Source: Paraspadella gotoi
Taxonomy: Eukaryota > Animalia > Chaetognatha
Direction: 5' to 3'
Assembly (NCBI GenBank): GCA_051294375.1
Contig: CM119270.1
Span: 11,528,141 to 11,592,140 of the forward strand
DNA: 64,000 bases
Part shown: one piece after another, positions 1 through 14,759 of the stretch
Numbering within the stretch: the first letter of the stretch is position 1
Layout of the letters: each line of letters opens with the position of its first letter
The notes under the pieces: generated by a model
What the model saw: only the letters and a program-made list of their open reading frames with translations
What the model was told of the DNA's origin: nothing
The model's database searches: none
Made by a program: the position numbers and the translations under genes

Positions 1-625
1 GGGAGAGTTTGGAGGAAAAGATTTTCAGCGGGTTCAGGTTCACAACGCAAACAGACTTTATTCTTTCAGTTGTGACCCGTTGGATCTTCGAGTAAAGTCA
101 TGAACTGATGACCATAAGGTTTATACACACACGCCATCTATTACGTGAAGTGTGATGACGACCGAGAGCGCCTTGCTATCGCACTAGACGGGTTCCAAGC
201 CCAGGGCCCGTTTTATGGCGGCGAGATTGAGTGTTGGAAAAAAAGGCCAATAGCTGCGATGGAGCCTACTAGATCGTTGAAGCAGACAGGAAGAGGCATC
301 CAGCGAAGCACTAAACGCCAAATACTCTAACCTCATAAATAAAGTTTGTTGGGATGCGAGGAATTTGATCAGAAAGTTCTTCGGAAGATAATCCTTCTTG
401 AAGTCAGGTTTTAAACATTCGATATTTCATTCGCTGTTGACGTAGAGAATTTCGGATGAATTTGAAGGAAGGACGCGTTTTTTAATTGTTTTTTCTGTAA
501 TGGGATTTTTCATGAAAAGTCATTGCAATTTAAAAACAACTTGCGTAGGGGTTGCGGACACATAGTGACCGCCTCCTGGCATGTTTCATCCATGTTTCAT
601 TCAGCCAGAGTTATGCCGGGATCGG

Positions 626-695
626 GATACCCAGGGATTGAAACGGGGACGCACGGTTGAAATGGGATGATTTAACCTGCTCAGCCATATAGACG
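626..695 (-). mobile_element. Degenerate tRNA-like head (possible SINE remnant)
   Basis: Minus strand has A-box-like TGGCTGAGCAGG and B-box-like GTTTCAATCCC at tRNA-like spacing. Stems are poorly conserved. Confidence 0.35.
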
Positions 696-968
696 AAGGT
701 GAGGAGGGACAGTAGTGAGGCAACATTAAGTCGTGCTGCCACACACCCAAATTAAAAAAGAATTATAGAAACCGACGTATTAGAAAAAAAATAATCAGAT
801 GTTGCAAAACCTCCAGTATTGATGAATCAGCGGGCAACAACAAGAGAAAAAAAAAGAGAGGAAATCATATTTGACGTTAAGAGATTTAAAAGTAAACTCT
901 ACCTTCAACCCTCACCCAGCCTCACCCCCTTCTCGCCCTTGGTCATTCTCACCTTCACCCCACTCCTT

Positions 969-970
<2 letters not shown>

Positions 971-1009
<39 letters not shown>

Positions 1010-1155
1010 AGACGCCCCGGATTCGGTTTTCGGGAAAAATCTGGGAATAAATACGAGATGTCGGAGATTCGGGTCGCGTTGTGGGCAAACGTGGTTCGCG
1101 TCAGTGGGGTTGTGGGTAAAAACGGTCGACGTCGTGGCGATGTTAATTTCGATAG

Positions 1156-1208
<53 letters not shown>
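971..1208 (+). repeat. (GCC)n at 971-1008 and (GATA)n at ~1157-1208
   Basis: Read directly from sequence. Confidence 0.9.
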
Positions 1209-1964
1209 TAAAAAAGAAACAAAGAGAAACATTTATTTAGTTTAGTTTATAAATAAATAAAAATAAAAATAAATAAATAAATAAATAAATAAAAGAAAAA
1301 CAAATTAAGATAGTGAAACAAGTAATTTTGCAGAAATATTTCTTTCCCGTCAACAGCAGAGACCTGAATCGATCGAAGTCATTTCGGTGAAGTCTTCACG
1401 CGGTCATTCAGGACGAAACGGCGCTTAATATTGAAAGCGATCACCGTCTCACGGCGACGAAAAGACGAATTCCGAAGCGGGAAAAAGGGAAAGTTAAAAA
1501 AAAAGAAAAGAGCGAGATCCTCCTTTCTTTATTATTTCCTTTTTATTTTTTTTTTTTTATCATTCTGAGTATCAAGGATATAAAAAAGGGGGGAAAAAGA
1601 CTTTGCGAAACGGGTAAAGGCCATGCCCGTCATTTGAATGTGCGCGGTCTGTGAAAAGGAAAAGGGGGGAAAAAACGATATAAGTCAAGTTCTGGTGGCA
1701 GCCGATTTCCCCCGCAAAGTTCTCGGATGGACAGCCTCCTCAAAGAAAAATACAGTCTCGAAATGAAGGAGAAAATGAGACGAATGGAGGGAAAAAAAGA
1801 AGGAAAAAAGGAAGGAAAGAAAAGTGAAAAGAGGAGAGGAAAGGAGTGGCATTAAAAGAAAGGATAAAAACAAAAGAACGAAAAAATAAAAGTAAAATGA
1901 AAAAAAGGAAAGAAAAAGAAAGAGAAAAAAGAAATTAATAAAGAAAGATATAAAAAGAGAAAAC

Positions 1965-1996
<32 letters not shown>

Positions 1997-1997
1997 A

Positions 1998-2022
1998 NNN
2001 NNNNNNNNNNNNNNNNNNNNNN
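1998..2022. other. Assembly gap (25 N)
   Basis: Run of 25 N within an (AAAG)n tract. Confidence 0.99.
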
Positions 2023-2115
2023 AGAAAGAAAAAAGAAAGAAAAGAAAGAAAAAAGAAAAAAAGAAAGAATAAAAAGAGAAACCAGAAAGGAAAGAAAGAA
2101 AAGAAAGAAAGAAAG

Positions 2116-2154
<39 letters not shown>

Positions 2155-2398
2155 AGAAGAAAGAAAAAGAAAAGAAAAGAAAGAAAGAAAAAAAAGAGAA
2201 AAAAAAGGAAAAAAAAGAGAAAGAAAAAACCGCAAAAAAAGAAACAAAAAAAGGTTGGAATAACGAATGGGAGGAGAGCTGCGTGAGACAGATATGGAAA
2301 CGGATTCGGAATCAAGGATTCTCGTTAAGATAGCTTTCTTCGGGATTGGATGGAATGAGGGTCTGATGACAAGACAAGGCTCCCATTCCGCTTCTCTC

Positions 2399-2472
<74 letters not shown>

Positions 2473-2578
2473 CTCTCTATCTTTTTCCACGTGCTTTTAG
2501 GTTTGAAGGCAATTTTTTCGTAGAAGCTCTATTTCTCCCTCTTTTTCCACTTTCTGTTTGGGTCTTTCCAGTCTCTCT

Positions 2579-2669
<91 letters not shown>

Positions 2670-4278
2670 TTTTATTATTTTATTTTCTCTTCTCGAAGAT
2701 TCTCACTTTCATCCCTCTGCTACTTAGCTTGCCTTCTTATTTTTCTTTCCCCTTCTCACCTCACAATTCTTTTCTTCTTTTTCCCTTTCCTCTCTCTTCG
2801 CATTCTTCTCGTATTCCTCCCTTCTCCAGCCTCCCACGGGTTTCCCGGAATTCCCCACCCCCGCCCCCATTTTTCCGGCTCCTTTTCATAAAGCCGAGAA
2901 AACTCTCCCGGGAAAATCGGCGGAAATCGTGAATTATCGCCTAGACCAATCAGAGCGGCGCAAGTGGTCAATGGAAGAAAGGTGGAGAAAAAAGGTAAGT
3001 TGCGAAAGAAATGAGTTATGGTAAGGTTGGAAGGTCGATGGAGAGTGTGGAGGTCTAAAAGAGGTAGATGAAGGTCGGACAGGTTAAGGTTCTTGTCAGA
3101 TCATTTTTTTGTTATGAGTTGCGGATTGTACTAAGTGTTTTAATCACTGAAATATTTGTAGAAACATACAGAAATAAACAATCAGTGGTTATTCCATAAT
3201 TTAAAATTAGAACTTCCAACTTGGGCAGTCACATAATATACAAAATTTAAACATTGTATTGATTCTTTCGAATCGTTGCGTTTTATTTGAGACGGAGTGA
3301 TAAGTTTTTATGGTTAAACACAACTTAAAACAACGACATAAAGGTTTTTACTAGAAAACGACATGCTTTGACGACAAATAGTGCGATTTTAAGTCAAATA
3401 TTTTTCACTTTTCTTCTCTTCGTTAAAACATGAAAGTAGAAAAAGAAAGTGAGAGAATGAAAGTGGAAAGGAGAAAGGACGAAGCTGAAAGAGAAGAATT
3501 ATTTGGAGGTGAGAGGGAAGAGTTGAAAGGTCACCGAAAGGAAGTGTTGCGACTCTAAGTTTGGAAAGCGAAAGAAGTTGTTTGATTTTTTCACAGGGGA
3601 ATCACTCTCACTAATTCTGCTCCCGCGTTCCTGCGATGACGTTAAAAGGCGCGAAATTTGTGTGTGTGAGACTGTGAGTGGGTGTGTCGTGTGTTTGTGA
3701 ATGATTGTAGGCCGAGTTGATTGGAAATGAATGGAGGGAAAATATGAAGTATCCAGTCAAACTCGTTTGAATAAAAGACTCAGACTTTTGTTTTCACGTT
3801 ATAAAAGAAAATTTATTTAATCCGAACTGATTTGAAAGAAATATTATACATACAATAAAAACTGAATTCAGCACATGAAAAATTGAATTAGCTTTTTAAA
3901 ACATTATATTATAAATGTGGCAAGGTCATAGATTTATAAAATAACCCCATCGGCTTTGAACCATTTCCCTTCGATTCAACCGATTTCTTCCTCCGCGCCA
4001 TCTCTCGGATTGGACTCCAACGATTGTTTGATCCGAGCGACCGAACCGATTGGAGCAAAGGAGCGAGGTGAGAGGGATTATGATCGAGAGCCGAGACCAG
4101 GGAAAAACAGGAGATGAAAATTTTAAGGGTTCGGCGGAAGAGGAAAAAAAAACCCGAGATTGAAGCGAAGGTGAGTGAGAGAGAGAGAGAGAGAGAGAGA
4201 AGAGAGAGAAGAGAGAGAGGAGAGAGAGAGAGAGAGGAGAGGAGAGAGAGAGAGTGAGTGAGGGAGAGAGAGAGAGTG

Positions 4279-4343
<65 letters not shown>

Positions 4344-4615
4344 AAAAAAAATGGCGGGAAAATGGGAAAGGAGAGAAGAGAGAATGAAAATGATGAGGAG
4401 GATGAGGAGGAGGATTAGGAGGAGGACGAGGAGGAGGATTAGAGTGACCCCATCGACCGAAAGACCATCCCTCATTTTCGCTGCTTCGTCCTTCTTTCAA
4501 CACTCCTCGCCAACGCCAGCGGCGACCACTCCCGTTTCTCCCACTTTTCAAGTCAACGAAGAGAGAATGTCTTTATCGTCGATGGCATCATAATCTTTTC
4601 GTTTCACAGTCGAAA

Positions 4616-4659
<44 letters not shown>

Positions 4660-5300
4660 CGTTCGTCGCGGTTTTGCAGAAATAACATTCTTATTTCATA
4701 TACGTTATCCTATCCTATATGTTTCCTCCCCTGTTTCCTATATGTTTTTTTATTTGTTTTTTATCATTTGGAAATATATTCAGGTTTCGATATTAAAAAT
4801 TATAACTGTTGGATGATGTTGCATTGTTTAAAAAATCATTAAACTATCTGTAATTTCTCTCACTTGGAAAAATGAATCAATTTAAAAGAGATTGAAATAT
4901 AAATTATTAAAAAAATCCCCTCCGGTTTCATGAGATTTCCGTTTCCAGAAGTGAAATAACCTATCTTCGTCCTGGATTTTACACTTTTTTTTCTCCTTTT
5001 TTTTTTAGGCTCAAGTTTTCGCATAATCACCACTCCCCGTATTTCTCCGCCCATTTTTTTTTCTTCAAGTTCCAACCATCCTCAAACTTTCCTCCTCCCA
5101 CTTTCCCACCATTTTCGTCTGCTCCCGGGATTCCACTTTTCCACTTCCCATCGCATTTCCATTCACAATTCCATCTCACCCCATCTTACAAACTTCAAAT
5201 TTCTCACAGACACCCGCGGTCCCTTTTCACAGTTTCTTCCTTGGAAATTTCCCGCTTTCTTTTCACACTATTTTCGTCTATTTTGTATTTGTTGTTTTTT

Positions 5301-5390
5301 GCGCTGATGTAAGACTTACATTGAAGTCGAAAAATGTCCCGAAAGATATGTTTTCTTTAATAAACTCGTTGTACGTCAACAAATAATTCA
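5301..5390 (+). ncRNA. Hammerhead-like motif, duplicate of 10296-10380
   Basis: CTGATGTAAGACTTACATTGAAGTCGAAAAATGTC, the same locus in copy 1 of the tandem duplication. Confidence 0.45.
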
Positions 5391-6078
5391 TTTATATATC
5401 TCGTCTAATTTACTCCACAATTTTTCCCCTCCTCCACCAGGATTTTCCAACTTTTTCATTTTCCCCTCGCCATCCCCATTTCACCACCACGCCACCTCCA
5501 TCTTCCCCACTTTTCCCAGCCGCGGCACCAGGTCTCCAAAAGCCTTCGCCTCTCTCCTTTGTTCTAAATCACCATCTCAATTTGGCTCTCGCGCGATTGA
5601 ACGGGAGCGCCCCGGACTGACGCAAGATGGAAGGAGGAGGAGGAAGGGAGTAAAGAAGAGAAAAGAAAGAGAGGGGCAAGAAATAGAGAGGATAGAAGGT
5701 CGGAGGTGAGATGTGAGATAGTAAATAGGCAAGAGGAAGAATTAGGATTTAAAAGAAACCAGGTGAAATTATTTTATGTCAAAATAGATCAGGTAGGAAC
5801 AAAGGATTAGGTGAGACTGCAAAATGTAAGAATTGTTATGTAATGTAAATGTAATTTAATGTAATGTAAGGTTGAGGGATTAAAAAATTAAAAAATATTT
5901 CGAAAACTAAAAGAAAGAAAGAGAGACAATGGGAGAATCAGAGACGGAGAGGAAAGAAGAGCGAAAAAAAAGAAAAAGAAAGATTGCAACAAGGAACCAA
6001 GGAAAGACAGGAAATTCGTCTGGCAACTGTTTTTCGATTTTTTCGTCATCCTATTCTGACTGATTGCTTCGCAGAAAA

Positions 6079-6119
<41 letters not shown>

Positions 6120-6122
6120 GAA

Positions 6123-6170
<48 letters not shown>

Positions 6171-7364
6171 GAGAGAGAGAGAAAGATAGATAGAGAGAAT
6201 TCATAGTTACATACATCTTAATGATTCTCCCGCAACCGTATTGCTGCCTTAATTTGTCTCGATGTCTGTGAACTTTCATCCCTCTCTCCGAAAAATCACT
6301 CAAATCTACCTTCTTTATTCTCACGCGGACGTTCTCACTAACTTCACTGTTATTTCATAAAGATATTCATCTCATTTGCCAATTCCATTTCTTGTCATAT
6401 TACCCGCGGGAGTCCGGTGTCGCATTATTCTGACTCAATGAATTGAAAGGAATAATATTGATCGCTACAACGTTTTTTTTACAATTACGCTGTTCAACAA
6501 AATTACTATAATCTGATTTCAAGAAATTCAAATAGTAAACAATAAAAAATTACCCATTTTTGCTATGAACTCACAATCTCCAATAAATGTAAATCAGTTC
6601 TAAATTTAAGCTCTGTTTTTTATTCCAGGACTTCTTGTCTACACAAGGAACTTATGGGCCGAGACGTAAACGACCCTTCCACTCCAGTAACTCCCATCCT
6701 GGCTCAAACGCGCCCATCCTCCCCCCTCTCATTCCGGTCCATCCATATTTGCCTTCCCCAAATCCATCTTCATCACTCTCTGTCACGCTTTATCAATCAC
6801 ACTCATCATCAACATCATCAACATCCCAATCATCATCATCATCTCATCATTATTATTATTATTATTTTATCATCACCACTCATCACCATAATCCATCTTC
6901 TTTTCAACTCTCTGCACCGCTTTTATCCATATCATCACTATCATTTCACTTTCCCTTCGATCTCATGCTCACTTCTCCTGTTCATCTAACAGAAGTTCCG
7001 GTTCTTTACGACCCACCCCCACTCGCCAACCTATTTCTAATCCCATCCAGAACCCCCAAACAAATTCGATACCCCCCCCCCCCCATCGATCCCCCCTGGT
7101 CTCGCTTCCTTCAATCAGAGACCCAGAATGAAATCCCGCCTCTGTCGCTGGTTGTATGCGTCATTGGTTGTAATGGATAGAGTCAAGGTAAGAACCCGGG
7201 AACAAAGTTAACGCTCTCCTGCCTTTTCAAAAAGCGCAGCTTTCTATTATCTGCTCTGAATCAAGGATTCTCGTTAAGATAGCTTTCTTCGGGATTGGAT
7301 GGAATGAGGGTCTGATGACAAGACAAGGCTCCCATTCCGTCTTCCTTCTCCCTCTTCCTCTCTC

Positions 7365-7453
<89 letters not shown>

Positions 7454-7552
7454 CTCTCTATCTTTTTTCCACGTGCTTTTAGGTTTTGAAGGCAATTTTT
7501 TCGTAGAAGCTCTATTTCTCCCTCTTTTTCCACTTTCTGTTTGGGTCTTTCC

Positions 7553-7670
<118 letters not shown>

Positions 7671-9183
7671 TTTTTATATTTTATCTTTCTCTTTCTCGAA
7701 GATTCTCACTTTCATCCCTCTGCTATCTTAGCTTTGCCTTATTTTTTCTCTTCCCCCTTCTCACCTCACAATTCTTTTCTTCTTTTTCCCTTTCCTCTCT
7801 TCGCATTCTTCTCGTATTCCTCCCTTCTCCAGCCTTCCCACGGGTTTCCCGGAACGAATTCCCCACCCCCGCCCCCATTTTTCCGGCTCCTTTTCATAAA
7901 AGCCGAGAAACTCTCCCGGGAAAATCGGCGGAAATCGTGAATTATCGCCTAGACCAATCAGAGCGGCGCAAGTGGTCAATGGAAGAAAGGTGGAGAAGAA
8001 AAAGGTAAGTGCGAAAGAAATGAGTTATGGTAAGGTTGGAAGGTCGATGGAGAGTGTGAGGTCTAAAAGAGGTAGATGAAGGTCGGACAGGTTAAGGTTC
8101 TTGTCAGATCATTTTTTTGTTATGAGTTGCGGATTGTACTAAGTGTTTTAATCACTGAAATATTTGTAGAAACATACAGAAATAAACAATCAAGTGGTTA
8201 TTCATAATTTAAAATTAGAACTTCCAACTTGGGCAGTCACATAATAATAAAAATTTAAACATTGTATTGATTCTTTCGAATCGTTGCGTTTTATTTAGAG
8301 ACGGAGTGATAAGTTTTTTATGGTTAAACACAACTTAAAAACAACGACATAAAGGTTTTTACTAGAAAACGGACATGCTTTGACGACAAATAGTCGATTT
8401 TTAAGTCAAATATTTATTCACTTTTCTTCTCTTCGTTAAAACATGAAAGTAGGAAAAAGAAAGTGAGATGAATGAAAGTGGAAAGGAGAAAAGGACGAAG
8501 CTGAAAGAGAGAATTATTTGGAGGTGAGAGGGAAGAGTTGAAAGGTCACCGAAAGGAAGTGTTGCTGACTCTAAGTTGGAAAGCGAAGAAGTTGTTTGAT
8601 TTTTCACAGGGGAATCACTCTCACTAATTCTGCTCCCGCGTTCCTGCGATGACGTTAAAAGAGCGCGAAATTTGTGTGTGTGAGACTGTGAGTGAGTGTG
8701 TGTGTGTTTGTGTGAATGATTGTAGGCCGAGTTGATTGGAAATGAATGGAGGGAAAATATGAAGTATCCAAGTCAAACTTCGTTTGAATAAAAGACTCAG
8801 ACTTTTGTTTTCACGTTATAAAAGAAAATTTATTTAATCCGAACTGATTTTGAAAGAAATATTATACATACAATAAAACTGAATTCAGCACATGAAAAAT
8901 TGAATTAGCTTTTAAAACATTTATATTAAATGTGGCAAGGTCATAGATTTATAAAATAACCCCATCGCTTTGAACCATTTCCCTTCGATTCACCGATTTC
9001 TCCTCCGCGCCATCTCTCGGATTGGACCCAACGATGTTTGATCCGAGCGACCGAACCGATTGGAGGCAAAGGAGCGAGGTGAGAGGGATTATGATCGAGA
9101 GCCGAGACCAGGGAAAAACCAGGAGATGAAAATTTAAGGGTTTCGGCCGGAAGAGGAAAAAAAACCCGAGATTGAGCGAAGGT

Positions 9184-9275
<92 letters not shown>

Positions 9276-9283
9276 GAGTGAGG

Positions 9284-9315
<32 letters not shown>

Positions 9316-9323
9316 AAGAGAGA

Positions 9324-9359
<36 letters not shown>

Positions 9360-9616
9360 AGGAAAAAAAATGGCGGGAAAATGGGAAAGGAGAGAAGAAG
9401 AGAATGAAAATGATGGAGGAGCGATGAGGAGGAGGATGAGGAGGAGGATTAGAGTGACCCCATCGACCGAAAGACCATCCCTCATTTTCGCTGCTTCGTC
9501 CTTCTTTCAACACTCCTCGCCAACGCCAGCGCGACACTCCCGTTTCTCCACTTTTCAAGTCAACGAAGAGAATGTCTTTATCGTCGATGGCATAATCTTT
9601 CGTTTCACAGTCGAAA

Positions 9617-9667
<51 letters not shown>

Positions 9668-10295
9668 GGTTTTGCAGAAATAACATTCTATTTCATATAC
9701 GTTATCCTATCCTATATGTTTCCTCCCCTGTTTCCTATATGTTTTTATTTTGTTTTTTATCATTTGGAAATATATTCAGGTTTCGATATTAAAATTATAA
9801 CTGTTGGATGATGTTGCATTGTTTAAAAAATCATTAAACTATCTGTAATTTCTCTCACTTGAAAAATGAATCAATTTAAAAGAGATTGAAATATAAATTA
9901 TTAAAAAAATCCCCTCCGGTTTCATGAGATTTCCGTTTCCAGAAGTGAAATAACCTAATCTTCGTCCTGGATTTTACACTTTTTTTCTCCTTTTTTTTTA
10001 GGCTCAAGTTTTTCGATAATCACCACTCCCCGTATTTCTCCGCCCATTTTTTTTTCTTCCAAGTTCCAACCATCCTTCAAACTTTCCTCCTCCCACTTTC
10101 CCACATTTTCGTCTGCTCCCGGGATTCCACTTTTCCACTTCCCATCGCATTTCCATTCACAATTCCATCTCACCCCATCTTACAAACTTCAAATTTCTCA
10201 CAGACACCCGCTGGTCCCTTTTCACAGTTTTCTTCCTGGAAATTTCCCGCTTTCTTTCACACTATTTTCGTCTATTTTGTATTTGTTTGTTTTTT

Positions 10296-10380
10296 GCGCT
10301 GATGAAGACTTACATTGAAGTCGAAAAATGTCCGAAAGATATGTTTCTTAATAAAACTCGTTGTACGTCAACAAATAATT
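10296..10380 (+). ncRNA. Hammerhead-ribozyme-like motif with Penelope-like pLTR tail
   Basis: CTGATGA-A-GACTT-ACATTG-AAGTC-GAAA-AATG-TC has an intact core. The downstream AATAAAACTCGTTGTACGTCAACAAATAA resembles the tail of the 46918-47080 element. Confidence 0.55.
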
Positions 10381-11075
10381 CATTTATATATCTCGTCTAA
10401 TTTACTCCACAATTTTTCCCCCTCCTCCACCAGCATTTTCCAACTTTTTCATTTTCCCCCTCGCCACCCCCATTACCACCACCACGCCCACCTCCATCTT
10501 CCCCACTTTTCCCCAGCCGCGGCACCAGGTCTCCAAAGCCTTCGCTCTCTCCTTTGTTCTAAATCACCATCTCAATTTGGGCTCTCGCGCGATTGAACGG
10601 GAGCGCCCGGACTGACGCAAGATGGAAGGAGGAGGGAGGAAGGGAGTAAAGAAGAGGAAAAGAAAAGAAGGGGCAAGAAATAGAGAGGATAGAAGGTCGG
10701 AGTGAGATGTGAGATAGTAAATAAGGCAAGAGGGAAGAATTAGGATTTAAAAGAAACCAGGTGAAATTATTTTATGTCAAAATAGATCAGGTAGGGAACA
10801 AAGGATTAGGTGAGACTGCAAAATGTAATGAATTGTAATGTAATGTAATGTAATTTAATGTAATGTAAGGTTGAGGGATTAAAAAATTAAAAAATATTTC
10901 GAAAACTAAAAGAAAGAAAGAGAGACAATGGGAGAATCAGAGACGGAGAGAAAAGAAGAGCGAAAAAAAAAGAAAAAGAAAGATTGCAACAAGGAACCAA
11001 GGAAAAGACAGGAAATTCGTCTGGCAACTGTTTTTCGATTTTTTCGTCATCCTATTCTGACTGATTGTCTCGCAG

Positions 11076-11119
<44 letters not shown>

Positions 11120-11802
11120 AGAGAGAAGAGAGGAGAGGAGAGAGAGAGAGAGCCGAGAGAGAGAGAGAGAGAGAGAGAAAGATAGATAGAGAGAATTCAT
11201 AGTTACATACATCTTAATGATTCTCCCGCCAACCGTTTATGATCGTCTCCTTAATTTCGTCTCGATGTCTGTGAGGCTTTCACCCTCCGGCCAAAAATCA
11301 CTCAACTCACCATCTTTATTCTCACGCGGACGTTCTCACTAACTTCACGTATTTCATAAAGATATTCATCTCATTTGCCAATTCCATTTCTTGTCATATT
11401 ACCCGCGGGAGTCCGGTCGCATTATTTCTGACTCAATGAATTGAAAGGAATAATATTGATCGCTACAACGTTTTTTTTACAATTACGCTGTTCAACAAAA
11501 TTACTATAATCTGATTTCAAGAAATTCAAATAGTAAACAAAAAAATTACCCATTTTTGCTATGAACTCACAATCTCCAATAAATGTAAATCAGTTCTAAA
11601 TTTAAAGCTCTGTTTTTTATTCCCAGGACTTCTTGTACACAAGGAACTTATGGGCCGAGACGTAAACGACCCTTCCACTCCAGTTTAACTCCCATCCTGG
11701 CTCAAACGCGCCCATCCTCCCCCCTCTCATCCGGTTCCATCCTATATTTGCCTTTCCCAAATCCATCTTCATCACTCTCTGTCACGCTTTTATCAATCAC
11801 AC

Positions 11803-11854
<52 letters not shown>

Positions 11855-12877
11855 TATTATTATTATTATTATTATCATCACACTCATCACCAAATCCATC
11901 TTCTTCACTCTCTGTCACGCTTTTATCAATCACACTCATCATTTCACTTTCCCTTCGATCTCAGCTTTCACTTCTCACTGTTCATTTTCAATCAGAGTTC
12001 CGGCTTCTTTACCGACCTCACCCCCACCTCGCCCACCATTTCTAATCCTCTCCAGGACCCCCAACAAATTCGATACCCCCCCCCACGATCCCCCCTGTCT
12101 CCTTTCCTCTCAATCAGGACCCAGAATGAAATCCCGCCCTCTGTCGCTGGTTTATGGACGTCATTTGGTTGTTAATGAGTAGGAGTCAAGGTAAGGAACC
12201 GGGAAAATGGTAACGCCTCTCCTGCCTTTTCAAAAGGCGCTTTCTATTCTTCTATCACCCCTCCTCTTTTTTACCTTTAGCCTCTTCTTCTTCCTCTTCC
12301 TCCTCCTTATCCTCTTCCTCCTCCTCCTCCTCCGTAAAAAAATCCTCATTAGAATTTCTTCTTTTTTTTCGTGCTTCAGCTTTGCTCTTTAATTTCAAAC
12401 TTCCCTTTTTATTTTTTTTCCTACATATTCCGGTATTAAATTTAAGACTAAAATAATAAGGAAAAAATTGCAATTTTTTTCCTGTAGGTGCAAGACAGGA
12501 AATGGTCGTGTATACTTATTTATTAAACAGAAATTCACAGCTGCGCTCAGTCTACTTATTACTTCCGGGCGAAACCAATGAGGGTTCCACTGACCTGTTA
12601 ATCATCCCGCGCATTGAAACGAGAACAACAACAACAAAAAACAAACGCGACAACAACGACACCAGTTAATCTGCAACGAAGCATTGCCAAGGGAAAGTAA
12701 TTGCTTTTTTTTTAACCATCGAAGCGAAACGTTATTTAAATATCTACTGAACAAATTACAAAAAGGAATGAGCCGAATTATCAAAATGAAATCGGTCTCT
12801 GAAAATGATAATAATAGCCCCCAATAAAAATTTAAAACCCGAATAGAATTTACATTTGTTTGAGACGTTCTCTTTTA

Positions 12878-12915
<38 letters not shown>

Positions 12916-14373
12916 CTCTCGCTCTCCCTCGCTGTCCCTCTCTCTTTCTTTCAAAATGAGTCTTAATCGATAGAAAGAAAGAAAAATCAGGTTCCCGTTA
13001 AAGAGAAACACAAAAAAAAAGAGAAAAAAACAGAACTCTTCGTGCATGCAATGTAAAGAACCCCAAAAAAATATATCGAAAATTTATGGAGAATGAATGA
13101 GGTAGAAAAAGTATTTTATATTTTTTTTTTCATTAATTTTCATTCCTGATGTTTTCTTAAAGCGGGGCAACACAATCTCTTGCTGAATGTAAAGGTCATA
13201 AGGAAGAAGAAAACACCTTCCCAGACAGAGTTATAAAAAAAAAGAGGAAAAATAAGGTTTCAAGGTTCCCCGTCGCTTGAAAGCAATTATACGTTAATTT
13301 CCTTGAGCTATGGTAAATTATGGATTTTCCGCGCATCCTACGTCTGTCTTTTTTTCTCATTAAAATTGCAGTTTCTTCTCATTGCGCTTCTCTCCCTTTC
13401 TCTGTCTGTCTGTGTGTCTCTCTCTCACTTTCTCTGTCTGTCTCTCTCTCTCTCTTTCTCTCTCTCTATTTTTTTTTAATCATAGTCCTGACTCCTGAGC
13501 CAGTATACTTAATTCTTATTGTTTATTTCTTTTTGGGTCACAAGTTAAAATAATAATTGACATCAATAAAACGGTAAATGACAACGGAAATGTAAATATC
13601 ATCGAATCGAATTGCAAATCCAGATATGTATGTATTTGTTTTAATATTTGGTAAGAAACAAGGAACTGAATAAAAACGATATTGGTTTATTGAAATTATT
13701 AGAATTAGAATTATTAAAACTTTGTTCGACATCTGAATTAAAAGTCCCCAACACTTGTAGTTTTCCTTCCTTTTAATTCAAAACGAACTCGAAGTATCAT
13801 TGTGAATTCGGTTTCACGATTTCTTCTTCAATCGTGAATGCGTATTCTAAACGCGCTTTTCTAACGATTGTCTTCGTTCCATCATCGTTGTGATTTTGTG
13901 AGGATGGAATGATCATTAGTCGCTCAGAGTTTGTAAAGAATCTCGACGTTTCGGTTCCGCAAAGAAACGATTAACGTCGTCGTTTCCGGTTTCATTCAAA
14001 GGATTCCATCGTAAATCTGAAAGAAAAATCCGCGAACGCTGGAAGCGAACGCGTATCCTTTAGACCCAAACTCGGTGTGATTTACCGAGTGCTCTGTCTT
14101 TCGTCGTCGTCGTCGTCGTCGCCATCGACGTCGGCGGGAGAAAAATGAGTCGATTTCGAATGAAAACAAAAAGATTCGATCTGCAATTTCCGAAAGGGAA
14201 AAGGAAAATGACACGGAAAGAAAAAAGGAATGGAATTAGTGAAGATGGAAAGAAAATAAAACGAGATGACACGCGTCGGCTCCGAGGACAATCTCACTTT
14301 CAATTTCTGCTCTCCTCCTTTACTATTTTTTTTTCTGTCTGTCCGTCTGTCTTTCTTTTCTTTTATTGTCTCT

Positions 14374-14438
<65 letters not shown>

Positions 14439-14624
14439 TCTCTTTCTTTCCTTCTGTCTTTCATTTCACTTCTTCTTTCTACGTTTTCTTTCCTCTATTC
14501 GTTTCCTGGTTCCTCATCGGACCGCGGACGCGCTAACCATTCCTTTGACAAATCATCTTTTCATTTAAAGCTGTTCCCTTTCTTTTATTAAAGGAGAAAG
14601 TGAAAGAGAGTGGGGAGAATAAGG

Positions 14625-14660
<36 letters not shown>

Positions 14661-14679
14661 AGCAGAAGGAGAGAGAGGG

Positions 14680-14759
<80 letters not shown>

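Noticed and set aside
1-330. Possible LTR or retroelement end at the window start (AATAAA on the minus strand, CTGATGA at 105)
   Set aside because: No partner repeat, terminus or GAAA half is visible in the window.
6635-7180. 181-aa Pro/Ser/His-rich ORF as a protein-coding exon
   Set aside because: It is low complexity, and the frame is not preserved in the duplicate at 11630-12190. Kept only as part of a tentative transcript finding.
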